This document shows positions 16,570 through 25,909 of a stretch of 64,000 nucleotides of DNA, piece by piece (the first letter of the stretch is position 1; each line of letters opens with the position of its first letter). The notes under the pieces were generated by a model. It had not been told where the DNA came from. It was given only the letters and a program-made list of their open reading frames with translations, and searched no databases. Source of the DNA: Candidatus Rifleibacterium amylolyticum (lineage in GTDB: Bacteria > Muiribacteriota > Ozemobacteria > Ozemobacterales > Ozemobacteraceae); the NCBI GenBank assembly GCA_009917695.1, contig JAACJG010000007.1, positions 101,750 to 165,749 on the forward strand. The letters are read 5' to 3'. The translations under genes and the position numbers were made by a program.

Positions 16570-16606
16570 GTCATCCTGCGCGAAACAAAGCGGAGCCGCA
16601 GAATCC
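16570..16606 (-). repeat. Hairpin element, family 2 (GTCATCCTGCGCG...), degenerate copy
   Basis: The sequence gtcatcctgcgcgaaacaaagcggagccgcagaatcc shares GCGCAGGATGAC with the copies at 25300 and 46314, in the opposite orientation. Confidence 0.5.
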
Positions 16607-16859
16607 AGAAAGACTCCAGATGAGTTAGATACTGGAACTTGTACAATTAGATAGATCAAACCCGTTATTTTTGTTAGAATTAGACAGGGTGAATAAAAAT
16701 TTTACAGAGATCGCCTGTATCGGGCAAAACCCGGTACTATTGGGGTTTGTTGCGGCAAAAGCGAGCTATTCGCTGCAACACGCCAATTTTTTGCTGCAAG
16801 CTCCCCGGCCAGCGAAGCCCTACCGTCAGTTCAAAGCTCAAGCCATTTTCAGCTGCAAT

Positions 16860-17342
16860 ATGTATTGCCTGTTGTTCGCTTTATTCTTATTTATCGCCAT
16901 CCACCCTGCCATCTTTGCAGATACAGACACTACCATAGCGAACCTGCTGACAAAGTCTGTGCGGGCTTACGAAGCACACCGCCCCGTCGAAGCCGAAGAA
17001 TGGTGGCGTCAGGCCAGCGAACTCGAGCCGCGACTGGCCCGCCCGCCCTGGCTGACTCCCGGCCAGGAATTGCCGACCAGCCTCTTTGCAAATTCGACCG
17101 AACACACCGGTTATTCGCTCTGGGGTCTGTTTATTCGCCTGTTGACACTGCCACTGCTGCTGGCGCTCCTTCTATGGCAGGGCTGGAGGGCAACACAGGA
17201 TTTCAAAGACAACATTGAAGCGGGTCGGCGCAAACCTCAGATTTCCACATGCCCCGAATGCGCCCGCCTTACTCAGGAATGTCAGAAACTGCAACGTAAA
17301 ATTGAGATACTTCAAGGTACTGCATCAGGAAGAGGTGACTGA
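16860..17342 (+). CDS. Hypothetical bitopic protein (signal/TM, helical periplasmic part, TM, Cys-containing coiled tail)
   Basis: I place the start at MYCLLFALFLFIAIHPAIFA (16860). The track ORF begins at a TTG at 16671. No clear RBS, so the start is uncertain. Confidence 0.4.
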   Translation: MYCLLFALFLFIAIHPAIFADTDTTIANLLTKSVRAYEAHRPVEAEEWWRQASELEPRLARPPWLTPGQELPTSLFANSTEHTGYSLWGLFIRLLTLPLLLALLLWQGWRATQDFKDNIEAGRRKPQISTCPECARLTQECQKLQRKIEILQGTASGRGD

Positions 17343-18031
17343 TGAACCAGGCACCATTAATTATTACGACAAATGTCTGTACAATCACCCGAAACCTTGG
17401 AGCATGGCATCTCTCATCTTGTTTTTGCATCATCCTGTTGCTGCTGGCATTGACAACACTGCCTGCCGATGCAAAATCAGCCGTGCCAACCTCGCCTGTT
17501 CCTTCGCGTCAGGCCCTGCAGCTCATTGAGAAGGCCAGACGAGCTGGAAAGAAAGGCGACGATCTGATCGCCGATAAACTCTGGGATAAAGCAGGAGCTG
17601 GCGATCGGGCGGTGCCAGCTTCGCCACCTGACTGGAACGCCGAAAGAAACCCGCAGCAATTCACGGCTTCGTTAAAAAATCGAGCTCTGACACGCGATGA
17701 ACTAATGGTGCTGATAACCATGCTTCCGTATCAAAGAGCGCAAAAGCAGTTAAGACGCTACCTTGACCGCTTTCCGCTCGACACCGAGCTACGAGAACTC
17801 TCGCTGGCAATGGCCGAACTGCATAATGACGCCCGCCTTGAAAAACTTCACGAATCTGCCCTGAGCGGCCAGGCTGTCGATGACTACACCTGGCTTTACG
17901 GCATGCGGCTTCTTATGCTTCTCGGCTACATATTTACCATCAGGTTGATACTCAGCTTCAGGAAAAACCGCCTCAAGGCGGTTATGGCATCACCAGATGC
18001 TCCCGAAGAACAAGCAGGAGAAAAGCTATGA
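17342..18031 (+). CDS. Hypothetical bitopic protein with the same architecture as the preceding gene
   Basis: 229-aa ORF with an N-terminal TM/signal, a helical region, a C-terminal TM (LLMLLGYIFTIRLILSF) and a short tail. It starts right after the upstream stop and has an ATGA overlap with the giant gene. Confidence 0.5.
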   Translation: MNQAPLIITTNVCTITRNLGAWHLSSCFCIILLLLALTTLPADAKSAVPTSPVPSRQALQLIEKARRAGKKGDDLIADKLWDKAGAGDRAVPASPPDWNAERNPQQFTASLKNRALTRDELMVLITMLPYQRAQKQLRRYLDRFPLDTELRELSLAMAELHNDARLEKLHESALSGQAVDDYTWLYGMRLLMLLGYIFTIRLILSFRKNRLKAVMASPDAPEEQAGEKL

Positions 18032-21000
18032 AAAAATTATTCGGCCTCAAACCAGGTCTAAAACAAAATTTCTGCAGCACCATCGTTTTTCTGGCGCTCG
18101 CAATTCTCCTGCTGCCATTTTCTGCCAACGCGCTCGAACAAACGATAAACCCAACGTTCACCGGCAATGCCAATGACTGGAATCCTTCTGTTACCAACAC
18201 AGGAGGCTACGATCAGACAAGCTGCGGTTATGACGGCGCCGTCGGCGGCGGTAGTGTTAGAGCAATGCTGAGAGCAATAAGAGGCCCAAAAGTAGATGGC
18301 TCGATGGAAGCGGAATGCTATCAGACCTTTTCAGTTGCATCAGCTGCCAATATAGAAGTTTGTGTTTCTGACTACTATCAGGTAACAATGGCTGATAACA
18401 ACCGAACCTGGACAATTTCTGCTACAGGTGGTCTTTACAAGAATTCTGATGGAACCCTGGTTGATTCGCTATTTAGACAAGCCAACTATTCGGGTCTTAA
18501 TGCTGTCGCTTTTACAGGCCCAAATCGTCCTGCCACCTGGACAGCATTATTATCAGGTGCCGAAACCTACACGATACGACTGAACTGGGTAATGTTTATG
18601 ACCTCTCCAGATAATGGGGGCCCAGTAAGGTATAATTACGATTATCACTGGTTTGACCAGATGCATTGTAACATCAGCCCACACGGACTTGCAATCGTAG
18701 AGAATGCTGCCGGAAATGCCTACCTGACCTGGAATCAAAGTTCGACGCCGGCCGGCGGAGTCTATGCACTTGATTACTACAAAATCTATTCGAGCACGAC
18801 CGGGAACGATCCCTGGACTCTGGTAGACACTACCACCAATGAATATTATGAACATAATCCTGCCGATAACGATTTATACTACTGCATTGCAGACGTTGAT
18901 CAACGCGGGCAGGAATCTCCCAAAAGCGTATCCTGTTTATATCGTCGAACCCGCATCGAAATCACTCAGGTCACCAGTCCTAAAACATCGGTAACTCAAG
19001 GTCAGGGCGGCGTTCCTGTCACCGTAACGCTTATGAATCCAGGTCCATCTGACATATCGTTCGGCGGCGCCAGTCTTACCTTCAAAATTCCAGCTGTTGG
19101 CCAGTATAACTGGACCCGCACAAATCCGGCAATTGGCACGACGATTCCTAAAAACGGCGGCACCCTCAATGTCACTTTCTCTGTTGATGTTCTTGCTTCC
19201 AGCACTCCAGACACAGACATTGTAGATGCAACAGCCACAGGCACTCATACTGTTACGGGGCAGGACCTCTTCGACACTGCCGCCGATATTACACACTCCT
19301 GGCTGATAAGATCTCCGGCCAAGCTGAAGGTTCTCAGTGTCACAACGCCCACGACTGTCTATCTGGGGCAGACAGGAGTTCCGGTAGATGTCCTGGTCGA
19401 AAATGAGGGCGACGACAATGCTGCTGCCCTATGGGATAGCACCGACCTTAAATTCAGCTGGGGAACCTATATAAATATTGTGCCACAAACAACTTTGCCA
19501 ATACAGGTCTACGCTGGTCAGGCGACCTCTGTGCGCTACCTGCTCGAAGTCGATCCTTCTTCAGCAACCGGAACTGCAATTATAGATGCCTGGGTAAGAT
19601 TTCGTGACTCCAACCTGCTGATTCCTTCAATAAACAGCGACGGAGGTTTGTTCAAAGGCGAATGGACAATCGTGGCCGGCTTCGTAAACACTTATAAGGA
19701 TGCCGCCAAATTTATTCCGAAAGATTCCTTCAATGTTGGCACCTACACAGTTTATGCCCGCGCTGAAAATCTGATGCCACTCAAAGAACATCGAATGCGC
19801 TGGTATGATCCGGACGGAATACAGGTCGACTACTCAAATCCTGCGATCACAACAAGCGATGTCGGAGAGTTCGATGATGAATTAACGCAAAATTTCACTA
19901 AAACCGGGACCTGGCGGGTAACCTGCACCAGAGTTTTCGACTCAATAGTTCTTGCCGAGAATTATTTCGAAATCGGCAATCCGGCAAGCTTGACTCACAG
20001 TATCACCCTGCCCGACAGCGTCAGCCTTGGCCAGACTTTTATCGCAACTGTCACGGTAAACAACATCGGCAGTGCGACAGCGGTCGATGTTGAGCTCGCA
20101 ACCATGACCCTCGTTCTACCGGATTCAACAGGCAATGCTGCATGGGTAAGTGGACCAAGCCCAGTTCGCCAGAATATCGCCGGGGAGTCGAGCAAATCAT
20201 ATCAACTATACTGGGAGGCAACTGCCATCGGAGACCTTTATCTGCAATGTGCAGCATTTGGCTTTGACGACAACCTCGTCATCGACCCCCTGATATGGTC
20301 TGCCACAAGCCCAAGTAACATCTGCGTTGTTCAAACACCACCAAATCTTACCATAACTTCATTGTCCGAAGTCTACAGCAATGTATCTCCCGGTCAGGAA
20401 GACCTCATAGTCGATATAAGGGTAAGCAACAGCGGACAGGCCGACGCGATATTCGACGCGGCCAGTCTTACCTACAACCCAACCGGAGGCCACAGCGAAT
20501 CAGTAGTTTCACCTGCAACCGGAACATTGATTCCGGGCGGTGGTTATCTTGATATACGTTTTAATGTCGATATAGACCCTGCTGCGATATCCGGTGCGCG
20601 AACAATAAGCGCAACCGTCAGAGGCTACGATGCCAACAACCCGACATCGATTGTCTCCGCACCGGCGAGTGGAACCGGCGATTGGACCATATTGAGTGTC
20701 GAAGGGGTATTGTCCAGAAGCTCCTCCTATTCTCCAGAGCAATATGCATTCAATAAGGGCCAGCAAATTTACTGCAGATTTACCGTTCCTGTCGCAAATG
20801 ATTTTTACCGAATAGCCGTTTATGATGACGTCGGCGATGCCGAAACGCAGGCCGCCGCATATATATGGGGAGCCCCGGCAGAAGGCACTGGTAATGTCGT
20901 AATTCTTGATTTCAACACCACTGCCGCAGGCGATACCAAATATCACACATGGAGAGTAGACCTTAGAGATCTCAAGTTTCAGGGACCTGGCAATTATACT

Positions 21001-24000
21001 GATGAAGGACTGATCGGAAGGCTTTACTTTGAAAACCAGCAGCCAAGCTCACTCTCTGGCGAGCTGCTTTTATCGCCAGAACCCTCTGTAGAGGTCGGCG
21101 CAACTGTTACCGTAACGCTATTTGTACAAAATCCCGCGGCCGATGGCTCGACTATAGCTACAGTTACTCCAACTCTGCCAGAAGCAACCGATGGATCTGC
21201 AGGTTCGCTAACTTACCTTTCCGGCCCAGTTCCGACATCGGCAGACATCATGCCGGGCAACCCGGCGACCTTCACCTGGTATTACCGTGCTCAGACGATA
21301 ACCGGCCTTAGTCCAGCCAGCTACAGCATGATTGCCACATTCACCGGCACCGACCTCAACAGCGGAGTTGCCACTTCAGGTTCGGACATATCGAATTCGA
21401 TAGTCATTGCACAAAGAAAGGTAGCTCTCGCATCGGCAACCATAAGCTTTGGCGAAATTAAGGTGGGCGAAAAAAAATGGGTCGGGCCTAGCTCTGTCGT
21501 GAACTCAGGTAACGTAGCTCTTTCCGACTTAACCTGGAGAGCCTCGCACCTTATACATACAAATGAGAGCGATTACATTCATCGGGGCTATATGACATTT
21601 TCACCGCCAAATGGCTTTGGCATAGCCGTTTCCAGCTCCGAAGCAGCATCATTTTCGCTTGATATTCCTTATAACCAGCTAACCGGCACATATACTGTGT
21701 CGATGGATGTTTTCGACGATTATTATCTTGATAATGATGCCCGCGACGCAGAAGAGCCTTATGCATCCTTTACCGTCGAAGTATATGTATCAGACACTGA
21801 AATCGTTGATGTAAACGAAACTCTCATAGACCTCGGTAACTGGCCACAGGGTTCGACGACCTCTTCTCAGACGGTTTCTGCGCTCAATCTCGGCAATGTT
21901 GATCTAAGCGTCCTGAAGTTTGAAATGCTTAACAACGCTGGTCTCAGTGCTAATACTTCCATGACGATACTTCCTGCCGGGCCCGAGGCTTTGGCAACCG
22001 ACGGAATTCTTCTCGCCAGCGTTTCAGCTCAGGTATGGGATTTCGAACCCCCAGGCGTTTATATAACCAGCTGGCGCTTATACGAAGACAACGTTGCTCT
22101 TGAGGCCAGCGATACGTTCCAGGTCCGAGTCGGCATCGGTGACATGGATCTCGTTGTATCTCCCGCTCCTCTCGACATGGGCAATGGCACCCCCACCTAC
22201 ACGATTACTGATGTACCAATAACAATAGAAAACACAGGCGACCTCGATCTTACCAAGCTCAAGTTGGCAAAAGCTGATCTGACCGATGGCGGCTCCGGCG
22301 TGATACCTGGTGAAAACATTATTCCCGAGCTCCCGGCAATAGTCGCTTCAAACACGACAGAAGCGGCGACCATGTCGCTTTACGTTGCAGCAGGCGTGCC
22401 GGCCGGCGATTATTCCGGTGGCCAGACCATGTATGAAGACCTTAACGGCAACGACGAATTAGATACAGGCGAGCCCTCGTTCAATTTCATCATGCATGTG
22501 CACGTAAATGAATTCCGCGCCATTCAGGTTCTAGCCGGCACCATCGACTTCGGTGGAAGAACGCCTGGAGAAGTTGCCAGCATCAGCTTCCAGATCAAAA
22601 ACATCGGAAGCGTTGATCTTATAGACCTGCAATGGCAGAAAGTAGATCTGGTCGAAGACGTCTTTGCAAACGTTCTTGCTCAGTCCTGGTATGAATTCCA
22701 GCCAATCCCCACACCGTTCACCCTAACTGTCGGCCAACTTTATGACGCCGTAGGATCGATAACAATAGACACTACTCAACCTGACGGGAGCTACTCGGGA
22801 ACTCCCGGCGCACTTAGCGATGTTCAGGGCGTGGCCAGTGATCCAACCGACACTTTTACTGTTCTTTGCCAGGTAGGCGGGAAATCTCTTGAAATTCTCA
22901 CCGACCCGATCACCATAACCGCAGCAGACCCAGGAAGCACATCCGACAGCGCCTTTTTCGAAGTTAAAAATACCGGCAAACTGCTACTTGTTAAGGCAAC
23001 TGCCAGCGCTGCCAGTAATCTGGTCAGTGGTGGCAATATAATTACTGCCACTGCCTGCAACTTCAGCCCAACTGTATTTGATGCGATGAACAGCGGCCAG
23101 ACAAAGTCAGCCTACTGGTCGGTCGATGTGCCTCCCGGCACCAATGCCGGCACCTACACCGCCACCCTTCTCGTATGGAATGATGACAACAGCGACGGGG
23201 CGGTCGGACCACTCGAAGCCAGCGACACTGCGACACTCGAGATTGAAGTGCTCTCTAAACGTGTTTTGAGGGTCGAATCGAACCCGACAGAAATGGGATT
23301 TGTACCGGCCGGGCAGACAGGCTCGGCATCGATTTCCATCTACAATGACGGCAACATCGATATAGCAGACAACATCCGTCTGCATGCAGTTCCACTTGAT
23401 CCGGTTGCACCAGGACCAAATCCCCTCGCAACTATTACCATGAACCCCGATCCGATCATCGGAGGATTGGCTACCGGCACTATGATAACTGCCTCGATAA
23501 ATGTTGAAGTCCCTGTCGGGCAGACCAGCTACCCGTATTCTGGCGATCAGGTCATCTACGTAGACGACAATGCCAACGGCAGCTGGGATGCCGGAGAACC
23601 AGCGGCAACATTCACCCTGAACCTGACGGTTGGGCAGAAATTGCTTTCGGTCGAACCGCTGGTAGACCTGGGCACAATTACTTCTGTCGGCCCCCACAAC
23701 AAGACTTTCTGGGTCAAAAACGATACAACCATTACACTTTCATATGGAACCTGGGGCGAAATATCACCCCTGACCAAAGGAGCAGATATTATTCCTTCGA
23801 CCTGCCTCGACTTCCTACCAGTGAATTTTACCGTCGGCGCCGGCAGTACGAAAAGCGACTGCATAGCCAGCCTGACACTTGACATGGCCTCATGGCCTCA
23901 GGGGGTCTATATAGGTACATACACGGCTTTCGAAGATGATAACGGCAATGGCATAGCTGACGGCTTTGAAGCTTCTGACACCTTTCAGATAAAGGTGACA

Positions 24001-24888
24001 ATAGGAGGGATCGGAGCTCTAGACATTCTGGCGGTAAGTCCAACCCTGCCACTAGACGCCGGAACCCTTGATCAGGGTGGCTCTACCGGCGTGTATGAAG
24101 TCTCTTACCAGAACACTGGCAATGTCGATCTCACCAATCTGATCTGGAACAACATGACATTATACAATGGAGGCGACAGTATAGCCGCGGCCCAGATCGT
24201 TTTCAGCTCTCCCGATATCAGCCTGACAATTGGTGAAATAGCTACTTCGACCGTTCAGATAGGTCCATGTGACCCGGCGCAACCGTTGGGAACCTACATG
24301 GGAACACAATATCTCTACGACACCGTTTACACAACCGCCAGCGACGCATTTTTATTGATGTGCGAAGTAGTGGCAGGTACAACTGGCCCCAGCATGGCTT
24401 CTGGCAGTGCTTATCAGGAAATAGCAACCCTGACCTGGACACCACCGGGAGCGACCTGGATAATGTCAGCATGGGTCAGCCTCGACCCGATTGCCTCTGC
24501 ATCAATCAGCCTGCTCGAGATAGATGGCGACGGCAACGAAACCTGGCGCGGTATACTTATAGAAAGCGATGGTTCTATCACCGCTTCAGGCACGATCAAC
24601 AGCGGAGTCGTAATGAGCAATCGCACCAGCAACCCGCCAATGACCTGGCACCGCGTCTATTTCAGCTTCACCGGTCCAGATACAACAATCGCTTCAAATA
24701 CTTATATGGTGCTGCAAAACACTACAGAGTATCCGACCGCGTCACAGTCTGTATACTTTGACGGAATTCAACTCGAAAGAGCAACCAGCAATCAGAATCG
24801 GCCTTCACCCTATACCGGCGCAACCATTCTGGTATCGCCGAATCGCGCGCAGTCGCTCGAAGGCAAATACCGCTACTACGAGTGGTAA
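18028..24888 (+). CDS. Giant secreted multi-domain surface protein (2,286 aa): jelly-roll (CBM-like), FN3, CARDB-like and ASH/HYDIN-like beta-sandwich repeats, C-terminal jelly-roll
   Basis: Uninterrupted 6.9-kb ORF with a signal peptide. It has an FN3-like segment (LTWNQSS...YKIYSS...YYCIADVD). There are five or more 'V.V.N.G...A' modules and eight modules with the pattern 'DFG....G......F.V.N.G..DL..L'. The C-terminus contains VYFDGIQLERA. Confidence 0.85.
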   Translation: MKKLFGLKPGLKQNFCSTIVFLALAILLLPFSANALEQTINPTFTGNANDWNPSVTNTGGYDQTSCGYDGAVGGGSVRAMLRAIRGPKVDGSMEAECYQTFSVASAANIEVCVSDYYQVTMADNNRTWTISATGGLYKNSDGTLVDSLFRQANYSGLNAVAFTGPNRPATWTALLSGAETYTIRLNWVMFMTSPDNGGPVRYNYDYHWFDQMHCNISPHGLAIVENAAGNAYLTWNQSSTPAGGVYALDYYKIYSSTTGNDPWTLVDTTTNEYYEHNPADNDLYYCIADVDQRGQESPKSVSCLYRRTRIEITQVTSPKTSVTQGQGGVPVTVTLMNPGPSDISFGGASLTFKIPAVGQYNWTRTNPAIGTTIPKNGGTLNVTFSVDVLASSTPDTDIVDATATGTHTVTGQDLFDTAADITHSWLIRSPAKLKVLSVTTPTTVYLGQTGVPVDVLVENEGDDNAAALWDSTDLKFSWGTYINIVPQTTLPIQVYAGQATSVRYLLEVDPSSATGTAIIDAWVRFRDSNLLIPSINSDGGLFKGEWTIVAGFVNTYKDAAKFIPKDSFNVGTYTVYARAENLMPLKEHRMRWYDPDGIQVDYSNPAITTSDVGEFDDELTQNFTKTGTWRVTCTRVFDSIVLAENYFEIGNPASLTHSITLPDSVSLGQTFIATVTVNNIGSATAVDVELATMTLVLPDSTGNAAWVSGPSPVRQNIAGESSKSYQLYWEATAIGDLYLQCAAFGFDDNLVIDPLIWSATSPSNICVVQTPPNLTITSLSEVYSNVSPGQEDLIVDIRVSNSGQADAIFDAASLTYNPTGGHSESVVSPATGTLIPGGGYLDIRFNVDIDPAAISGARTISATVRGYDANNPTSIVSAPASGTGDWTILSVEGVLSRSSSYSPEQYAFNKGQQIYCRFTVPVANDFYRIAVYDDVGDAETQAAAYIWGAPAEGTGNVVILDFNTTAAGDTKYHTWRVDLRDLKFQGPGNYTDEGLIGRLYFENQQPSSLSGELLLSPEPSVEVGATVTVTLFVQNPAADGSTIATVTPTLPEATDGSAGSLTYLSGPVPTSADIMPGNPATFTWYYRAQTITGLSPASYSMIATFTGTDLNSGVATSGSDISNSIVIAQRKVALASATISFGEIKVGEKKWVGPSSVVNSGNVALSDLTWRASHLIHTNESDYIHRGYMTFSPPNGFGIAVSSSEAASFSLDIPYNQLTGTYTVSMDVFDDYYLDNDARDAEEPYASFTVEVYVSDTEIVDVNETLIDLGNWPQGSTTSSQTVSALNLGNVDLSVLKFEMLNNAGLSANTSMTILPAGPEALATDGILLASVSAQVWDFEPPGVYITSWRLYEDNVALEASDTFQVRVGIGDMDLVVSPAPLDMGNGTPTYTITDVPITIENTGDLDLTKLKLAKADLTDGGSGVIPGENIIPELPAIVASNTTEAATMSLYVAAGVPAGDYSGGQTMYEDLNGNDELDTGEPSFNFIMHVHVNEFRAIQVLAGTIDFGGRTPGEVASISFQIKNIGSVDLIDLQWQKVDLVEDVFANVLAQSWYEFQPIPTPFTLTVGQLYDAVGSITIDTTQPDGSYSGTPGALSDVQGVASDPTDTFTVLCQVGGKSLEILTDPITITAADPGSTSDSAFFEVKNTGKLLLVKATASAASNLVSGGNIITATACNFSPTVFDAMNSGQTKSAYWSVDVPPGTNAGTYTATLLVWNDDNSDGAVGPLEASDTATLEIEVLSKRVLRVESNPTEMGFVPAGQTGSASISIYNDGNIDIADNIRLHAVPLDPVAPGPNPLATITMNPDPIIGGLATGTMITASINVEVPVGQTSYPYSGDQVIYVDDNANGSWDAGEPAATFTLNLTVGQKLLSVEPLVDLGTITSVGPHNKTFWVKNDTTITLSYGTWGEISPLTKGADIIPSTCLDFLPVNFTVGAGSTKSDCIASLTLDMASWPQGVYIGTYTAFEDDNGNGIADGFEASDTFQIKVTIGGIGALDILAVSPTLPLDAGTLDQGGSTGVYEVSYQNTGNVDLTNLIWNNMTLYNGGDSIAAAQIVFSSPDISLTIGEIATSTVQIGPCDPAQPLGTYMGTQYLYDTVYTTASDAFLLMCEVVAGTTGPSMASGSAYQEIATLTWTPPGATWIMSAWVSLDPIASASISLLEIDGDGNETWRGILIESDGSITASGTINSGVVMSNRTSNPPMTWHRVYFSFTGPDTTIASNTYMVLQNTTEYPTASQSVYFDGIQLERATSNQNRPSPYTGATILVSPNRAQSLEGKYRYYEW

Positions 24889-24897
24889 ACAATATTG

Positions 24898-24938
24898 AAC
24901 CGCGGGTTTGCTGCAAAAGCAAAACCCGCGGTTTTTTG
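24898..24938 (+). terminator. Rho-independent terminator
   Basis: Stem aaccgcgggtttgct paired with agcaaaacccgcggtt (one bulge), followed by TTTTTT. Confidence 0.8.
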
Positions 24939-24960
24939 CTGCAAAGCACATAAAAGCCCC

Positions 24961-25017
24961 GCACGAAGACACTAAGAGCAGGCCGGAACCGCAGATTGCA
25001 CCAATTTTCGCAGATTT
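24961..25017 (-). repeat. Mosaic repeat family 3, inverted copy (B then A module)
   Basis: The sequence is gcacgaagacactaagagc...ccgcagattgcaccaattttcgcagatttg. Its reverse complement reads aaatctgcgaaaattggtgcaatctgcgg...ctcttagtgtcttcgtgc. Confidence 0.6.
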
Positions 25018-25175
25018 GAAAAGAGTTTTAAGGCAATGAAGGCCATTTAAAATGAGAATAATCGATACCGATAGCGAACCCGATAGCGATGGCGAAGTTA
25101 TCTGTCACAAGCCCGCACAGCATCAGGCCCGCTTCAGCTCCAGCTTTCTCATGGCGGCAGTCTCCCCAGATTTCT

Positions 25176-25290
25176 AATCGGCGGCAATCTGCGTTATCTG
25201 CGGTTACTCTTCTTCTTCTTCTTCTTCTTCTTCTTCTTCTTCTTTGCGGCTCTGTGTCTTTGTGAGAGAATCGGTTACGAGCAATTCCTG
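25176..25290 (+). repeat. Mosaic repeat family 3, forward copy (A module, (TCT)n run, B module)
   Basis: The sequence ctaatcggcggcaatctgcgttatctgcgg + (tct)n + tttgcggctctgtgtctttgtgagagaatcggttacgagc is colinear with 31090-31180. Confidence 0.7.
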
Positions 25291-25299
25291 TTCAATGAG

Positions 25300-25324
25300 A
25301 TCCTGCGACTCCGCGCAGGATGAC
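25300..25324 (+). repeat. Hairpin element, family 2 (ATCCTGCG-n-CGCAGGATGAC)
   Basis: Perfect 8-bp stem (atcctgcg/cgcaggat). The 27-nt gatcctgcgactccgcgcaggatgacg differs at one base from the copy at 46313-46339. Confidence 0.65.
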
Positions 25325-25437
25325 GTTTTTATAGTCGTTCTGCGTGAGCCGGCGAGGTTTTTTACGCAAACGCAAAACAACAAAACGCTCACCATCAGCG
25401 CACGCCATTCCGTTTGAAAAATATTTTAAAAAAACCC

Positions 25438-25466
25438 TTGACACTTTGCAGCAAATCGACGATACT
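25438..25466 (+). promoter_or_regulatory. Candidate sigma70-type promoter of the phasin-like gene
   Basis: TTGACA (25438-25443), a 17-nt spacer, then GATACT (25461-25466), about 70 nt upstream of the ATG. GCAGCAA repeats overlap it. Confidence 0.45.
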
Positions 25467-25533
25467 AATATTGCAACGCAGCAATAAGTTAAAACAAAAG
25501 TTCGAAATCAAAAATTTTTAAGGAGTTTTTAAA

Positions 25534-25848
25534 ATGAATAAGTGGATGGAATTTACTAACGAGTACACTCAGATGATGAAGGACAACTTCCAGGTAATGA
25601 ACAAATTCTGGCGCGCCACCATGGATCAGAACAGCGGCTACACCAAGAAAAACATGGAACTGTTCTTCGACCACATGAATCGCAACGTCGAATTCATGCA
25701 CGAAATGTGGAACAACACCGTCAGCTCAAATGACGAACTCAGAACCCTCTATCGCGAAAACATCGAAAAGTTCAACGCCCGCTATCAGCAGGTTTACGAA
25801 GAAACCATCAAGAACCTGACCCCCAAGACCAAGGAAGCCGGCAAGTAA
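25534..25848 (+). CDS. Phasin-like small helical protein (tentative)
   Basis: 104-aa ORF with an AAGGAG RBS. It looks all-helical and amphipathic, rich in W/M/N/F/E, and is the first gene of the pha cluster. The call rests mainly on context. Confidence 0.5.
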   Translation: MNKWMEFTNEYTQMMKDNFQVMNKFWRATMDQNSGYTKKNMELFFDHMNRNVEFMHEMWNNTVSSNDELRTLYRENIEKFNARYQQVYEETIKNLTPKTKEAGK

Positions 25849-25866
25849 TTGACGACAGCTCGCTAA

Positions 25867-25909
25867 GGGGGCTGTCTCTCCGGCAGACATGCCCGCTGAG
25901 ACAGCCCCC
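25867..25909 (+). terminator. Strong hairpin after the phasin-like gene (no T-run; attenuator or processing site?)
   Basis: Perfect 12-bp stem gggggctgtctc/gagacagccccc with a 19-nt loop. Confidence 0.3.

Noticed and set aside
16671-16859. Upstream extension (TTG start at 16671) of the first small gene of the giant-protein operon
   Set aside because: The extension runs through intergenic repeat and hairpin sequence and encodes no signal peptide. The hydrophobic N-terminus begins at the ATG at 16860. The start remains uncertain because no clear RBS is present.
25204-25395. 63-aa ORF ending in a poly-Glu run, and ORF 31042..31239 ending in RARARA
   Set aside because: Both are read-throughs of the (TCT)n and (GCACGA)n microsatellites inside the intergenic repeat modules. 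They have no RBS, and the frame is not conserved between repeat copies.
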